Shown one piece after another: positions 19,580-23,778 of a stretch of DNA of 23,778 bases. The DNA comes from Cyanobacteria bacterium J06626_4 (lineage in GTDB: Bacteria > Cyanobacteriota > Cyanobacteriia > Phormidesmidales > Phormidesmidaceae): contig JBCBJQ010000093.1 of NCBI GenBank assembly GCA_038523235.1, positions 1 to 23,778 on the forward strand. The letters are read 5' to 3'. Within the stretch, counting starts at the first letter, position 1. Each line of letters starts with the position of its first letter. Made by a program: the position numbers and the translations under genes. Under the pieces are notes generated by a model, which ran no database searches, was not told the DNA's origin, and saw nothing but the letters and a program-made list of their open reading frames with translations.

Positions 19580-20013
19580 TTAGGTTTTGGGCACTATGGG
19601 TTCACCGAAAATCAGAGCGAATGGCTGAGGGTGCTGAGGCTTAAAAAAGAGCCTGAAAGATGGTCTATACCTAGCTAAATAAAATGAGATGCCAGGAAGG
19701 TGACAACCCGGGCGCTCTCCATAAGACACTTGATTTGTTGACTCCTGACTTCTACCTGTTGACAAATAAGGGCTCTAAAATCCTTATGATTCTCTGGGGC
19801 TTCATGACTGTGTGAATTATTCAAAATAACTACTGACCAGAGATGAATGAGAGCTTGAGTTGGCCCATATGCGATTGCTTAAAGATTGTTAGAAGCTATA
19901 TTTTTCGTCTGGTCAACTCTCTGCTGCTGGGGTAAGTTTCTCAGTGCTTTTCAAAATCTCTCTTGACTAGGATTAACTCGTACTTGAAGTGAATTTCCAT
20001 ACGGAGAAAACAG

Positions 20014-20559
20014 ATGGCAAAAAAAACAACTCGAAGAAATCGTCCCAACATTAATAAGGTGAGGGCACGAATCCATGAACTAGCTGAAGAGTATGGATAC
20101 GAGAACCAGGTTCTATTGTCTTTCGCTGAATTCGTTAATGGTGGAGCCTTTAAAGCCGTTGAGCCCAGCATGCAGGACTTGAAAAAGGCGGTCATTGCTG
20201 AATTTAATTGTGCTTCTTATAAAGATCTCAAGAAGAACAGTATCTTTAGCCTTTTTGTGCGGGAACATGATCTCAAAATGAACAAAAAGGATGCGTGGTT
20301 TAAGGCTTATCGAAAGTTTGTGGGACTACCCAATAATGAGCGGGATTCAATTGGCACAACTTCCATCAATGGCGTAGATGTACTCCGTAACTTTTTGCCT
20401 TGGAAAGTATTCAAGCTCGATCCCAAAATAGCCACGGCTGAAGATATTAAGTCTGCCTTCAATCAACTCGCTAAAGAACATCATCCCGATCAGGGTGGGA
20501 GTGCTGAAGTCTTCGAGACACTGAAGACGATGCGAGACAGCCTGTTGGCTGCCTATTAG
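20014..20559 (+). CDS. Protein with unknown N-terminal domain and C-terminal minimal J-domain
   Basis: PWKVFKLDP..ATAEDIKSAFNQLAKEHHPDQGGSAEVF, with HPD at 20482-20490; RBS GGAG. Confidence 0.88.
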   Translation: MAKKTTRRNRPNINKVRARIHELAEEYGYENQVLLSFAEFVNGGAFKAVEPSMQDLKKAVIAEFNCASYKDLKKNSIFSLFVREHDLKMNKKDAWFKAYRKFVGLPNNERDSIGTTSINGVDVLRNFLPWKVFKLDPKIATAEDIKSAFNQLAKEHHPDQGGSAEVFETLKTMRDSLLAAY

Positions 20560-20593
20560 TCAGTATGCGCTTGAAGAGAAGCAGGAGCAACCG

Positions 20594-21607
20594 ATGGGAA
20601 AGTGTAACATCACCGATGAAGAGCTTGCAGAAGCGCTAGATATTACGCTTGATAAGCTAGCTGATATATGTGATTTTTTTGACGCTGATCCCGATGATGA
20701 CTGGGAATTGCTGAAGGAAGTTCATTTTGAGCGGGGGCCGTTTGGCTCGCGGCTGTTTAGTCCTGAAGGTGCGGTAGAAATCTGTAACTACTTAGAGCAT
20801 AAAAAAGAGGAGCGTCCACTCTTAAAGCGCTGGAAGCGTTGGCTATTACAACGAGATCGACGCCTCAAAGGGTTGATGGTGGCCAAGCGAGTTCAGGAAA
20901 TTAGTGATCTGGGTGATGGCCAACTCGTATTTGAGTCTGGCAGAGCTTTTTTGGCACCGAGAGCATGCCGGGGAGTTTTAGGGCTGGGTAGACGCCAAGA
21001 CGTCTTAAATCGAACTTTTATCGAAATTCAGCGCAGTGACAATACAGAGATTGAGCCGCTTAAAATCGAGGAAGACTTTCTAGTCAAAGAATCTGAACAT
21101 AAATATCTCAGCCGTTCTGGCCTTGCGGCAGTGGGCAAACACCTGGGGGTGCGACTCACTCAAAAGCATCGTCGAGAATGGGTAAAGGTCGTGGCTGATT
21201 ATGCGCCTAAGGCCTTGAGCACATTGGAGAAATACGAAGCGGATAAGGATAAGCGCATCCAAAAAGTCATGGATCGCGTCAGACGGCAAGCCCGAGGACG
21301 CTGCCAAATCACCAATCGTCGCCAGAGCGTGCACAAGTTTGATTTAGAAGTTCATCATCTGTTTGATAAAAGGTCTTCTCCCCAGTTTGCCGATATGGAA
21401 TTGAATCTCATTGCAATAGCTTCTGATACGCATGCTCATTTTCACCAATGGATGGGCGGCAGCAAAGTTTCTTGCACCGTAGAAGACATGGAGAAATATA
21501 TTGCAGAATTTAGCAATTCTCTGTTCCCTGGTGGCAATGCTGAACAAGCAACGAAAGTTGCCATCCACTTGTCTAAGGCCAAAAGCGTTTTGAGAGCTTA
21601 TCGGTAA
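20594..21607 (+). CDS. Putative HNH endonuclease with N-terminal Bro-N/ORF6N-like repeats
   Basis: C-terminal RCQIT...LEVHHL...NLIAI..THAHFH (C237, H254/H255, N271, H280/H284); RBS AGGAG; starts 34 bp after the J-domain gene. Confidence 0.8.
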   Translation: MGKCNITDEELAEALDITLDKLADICDFFDADPDDDWELLKEVHFERGPFGSRLFSPEGAVEICNYLEHKKEERPLLKRWKRWLLQRDRRLKGLMVAKRVQEISDLGDGQLVFESGRAFLAPRACRGVLGLGRRQDVLNRTFIEIQRSDNTEIEPLKIEEDFLVKESEHKYLSRSGLAAVGKHLGVRLTQKHRREWVKVVADYAPKALSTLEKYEADKDKRIQKVMDRVRRQARGRCQITNRRQSVHKFDLEVHHLFDKRSSPQFADMELNLIAIASDTHAHFHQWMGGSKVSCTVEDMEKYIAEFSNSLFPGGNAEQATKVAIHLSKAKSVLRAYR

Positions 21608-21659
21608 ACCCTCACCGCTTTTGGGCTTGATACTGGCAGGCAAGGCACAGCTGTCTGGC

Positions 21660-22553
21660 TTACTGATTAGAACGCTGGACAAATTCTCGCCGTAGGGATT
21701 GTGCCGATCGCCCTACTAACCAGCTTCCAATGCCGAATGGCACGCACAATACGGCAAACATCAGGCGGGTTTGTTGACCCGTGCTGCGAATTTCGGCTTC
21801 AGTGCCGAGCATCACCTGCAGGCGATCGCCCAGTGGATCGATGATTTGATTGCCTTGGGGGGTCGTTTCGAGTCCAGCGACCACTACGACCGACTGCCCC
21901 TCGGGCAGTATTTGTCGGTCAAAATCCACAAATACGCTATCGACCTCCCCCCAGTCTGCTAATGGTAACGGCAGTGTTTCATCACCATACTGAACGGCGA
22001 CAGGACTGCTAATTCTACTGGACTCATCTGTGTAGACGACGGTGGGAGATTGAGTATCCACGGCATCAAGCAGCGGTAATGCGCTGAGGTCAAATGTTAG
22101 CGGCAAACGGCGATCGCCATCGGATAGAAAAACCACCTCAGCCGTCTCAGACCACTCATACAGCACCGCTGTTTGGGGGGCATCCTCGGCATCTGATGAC
22201 TCAACATCATCGCGGGCCGTAATTTTGATCTGACCGCGAATAACCGACTGCGAAGCCTCATCGGGCATCGTCAGCGGTTCAGCAGCAACCAAGAAGCCCT
22301 CGATTTTCACCTGCTCTAGATCTTCTCCCGTATAGGCCAGAGCTGCCTCAACTGTCAGGCTCTCGATTTTTTCAAGTTGCCGCGCTGACTGCAGAGGCAG
22401 GCCAATAATGGCGGCGATCGCCATCGCCACGGCCAGCCCTCCCAGGCCCAGCCGACAAAAGTTGAGCCACTGCAGCTGCTGATATTCGTGACGGGTAACG
22501 TGGCGTGGCACATCTTGGTACCACTGATAGCGCATGCGTTGTTTGCTCATCAC
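21660..22553 (-). CDS. Two-TM membrane protein with acidic extracytoplasmic domain, possibly GIDE-like
   Basis: Hydrophobic helices near both termini; motifs VKIEG...EPLT, FLSDG and ILPEGQSVVV recall the GIDE domain. Confidence 0.7.
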   Translation of the reverse strand: MMSKQRMRYQWYQDVPRHVTRHEYQQLQWLNFCRLGLGGLAVAMAIAAIIGLPLQSARQLEKIESLTVEAALAYTGEDLEQVKIEGFLVAAEPLTMPDEASQSVIRGQIKITARDDVESSDAEDAPQTAVLYEWSETAEVVFLSDGDRRLPLTFDLSALPLLDAVDTQSPTVVYTDESSRISSPVAVQYGDETLPLPLADWGEVDSVFVDFDRQILPEGQSVVVVAGLETTPQGNQIIDPLGDRLQVMLGTEAEIRSTGQQTRLMFAVLCVPFGIGSWLVGRSAQSLRREFVQRSNQ

Positions 22554-22939
22554 TCGTTGTCGCGAATTGTTAACTCTCGGTGATGCTGTGATTGGCGATC
22601 GCTAATCCAACTGAAATTACAGTTGCAGGGGCCAACAAATGGCTTAAAAGCGGATTTACAGCCGTATTAGCTGCAGCTTTGGCCTCCATTCATAGCACGG
22701 CATGTTGCCTCTACCGGTTACCCCCACCTAAATTGAGTGGACTTCTTAAAGGTCATGGCCTGGACTCGATGACTGTTGTCGAGAGAGGCTAGAAACGTTG
22801 GCTTCATTACCCTTCGGTCAAAGAAGTTCCGCCATTAGTAATCTCCCTGTTTTACCGCTACCGCCCCCCGAGCGCTTACAGTCAAAACAGTGTGACTGCT
22901 AAGCATCATGCTTAACGATGGTTTAGCTGAGAGAGTCCT

Positions 22940-23524
22940 GTGACGATTATTTCTGCTGCGATTGTATTGCTACTAATTTTGGATCCCTTTGGCAACTTAG
23001 TGACCATCAATACGCTGCTATCGGAGGTGCCTAAGCAACGACGACAGCGCATTATTCTGCGGGAAACCTCGATTGCCTATGGCATTTTGGTGGTGTTTTT
23101 GTTGGGTGGCAACCCGTTACTGTCGTTTTTTGGCGTCGAGTCTCACACCCTGAGGATTTCAGGTGGCATCATTCTGTTTTTGATTGCGCTAGGAATGGTG
23201 TTCCCATCTCGGTCTGCTCTGCCGTCTACGCTAGACTCAGAGCCCTTTATCGTCCCCATCGCGATGCCATTAATTGCTGGTCCCACAGCGATCGCGGCGC
23301 TGCTCGTGTTGGCTCGCTCTGACCCCGATCTGTTGTTGAACTGGTGGGCGGCATTGACCTTAGCGATGGGCATTGCCGGCCTGATTTTATGTGCTTCTCC
23401 CTGGATTTTTCAGCGCCTAGGCCCGCGTGGTGCGGTGGCGGTGGAACGGCTGATGGGCATGTTGCTCATCGTGCTTTCGGTACAGATGATGCTGGATGGC
23501 GTTGAGCAATATTTGCAGAACTAG
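22940..23524 (+). CDS. MarC-family (NAAT/YhgN-like) membrane protein
   Basis: ILDPFGN, ISGGIILFLIA, IVPIAMPLIAGP and ERLMGMLL; GTG start. Confidence 0.93.
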   Translation: MTIISAAIVLLLILDPFGNLVTINTLLSEVPKQRRQRIILRETSIAYGILVVFLLGGNPLLSFFGVESHTLRISGGIILFLIALGMVFPSRSALPSTLDSEPFIVPIAMPLIAGPTAIAALLVLARSDPDLLLNWWAALTLAMGIAGLILCASPWIFQRLGPRGAVAVERLMGMLLIVLSVQMMLDGVEQYLQN

Positions 23525-23778
23525 CTCTCATCTCAATTGAGAGCTGGAGCTTTGATATTAGGGAAACCTTGCCGCCTGTGGGACCTCTCCTTCAGTCAAG
23601 AAGATTGGCAATAAGTAGGTAGGCACAAGCATCTTGCAGACGGGTTTTCTCCTGGCAGAGACGCTAGCGCGAACGGCTCCGCTCAACCCTCAACGTTTGA
23701 CTTGGCAAGCAATATAGCTGATTGAGCAGAGTCGAAATCAGCGACCGGTTTAACACTTAATTTGACCCAGCTACTTAT

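Noticed and set aside
18600..19640. RelE/YoeB-like toxin remnant around the IS site (fragments RLLIYE, IDDDQL, GHY)
   Set aside because: Needs several frameshifts and stops to assemble; the similarity is too short to support.
18508..19765. Minus-strand ORFs 19580-19765 and 18508-18702 as two halves of a gene split by the IS
   Set aside because: After removing the IS and one TTA, the upstream frame still stops at the TAA and the other ORF is in a different frame; it also starts inside the IS end.
18371..21639. ACTGGCAG at both flanks of the islet (18371 and 21632) as att-like direct repeats
   Set aside because: Only 8 bp, expected by chance, and no recombinase is present.

Overview
Cyanobacterial chromosomal DNA. 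The HIP1 octamer GCGATCGC occurs about 28 times by manual count, and the gene content is typical of filamentous Leptolyngbya/Nodosilinea-like strains. Most of the window is core content: a DUF2227 membrane protein, tRNA-Val(TAC), a Sll0314/Alr1548-type TPR protein, an ECF-type ABC ATPase overlapping rsmG, a CsgA-like SDR, group 2 sigma factor SigC, an HhoA/HtrA protease, a thioredoxin-like lipoprotein, an InrS/CsoR repressor, a class B DnaJ, a SWIM zinc finger protein, a 607-aa orphan, a degenerate ProA paralog, a peptide ABC permease and MarC. An accessory patch at about 18.4-21.65 kb lacks HIP1 sites and has AT-richer genes. It carries a complete IS5-family (IS1031-like) element with TTA target duplications and a tight two-gene operon. 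The first gene encodes a small protein with a C-terminal minimal J-domain (HPD). The second encodes two tandem Bro-N/ORF6N-like repeats plus a C-terminal HNH nuclease motif. This J-domain + HNH pair is the best candidate for an undescribed system, possibly a chaperone-gated nuclease for defence or toxin-antitoxin function. All family assignments come from motif recognition by eye; no searches were run.
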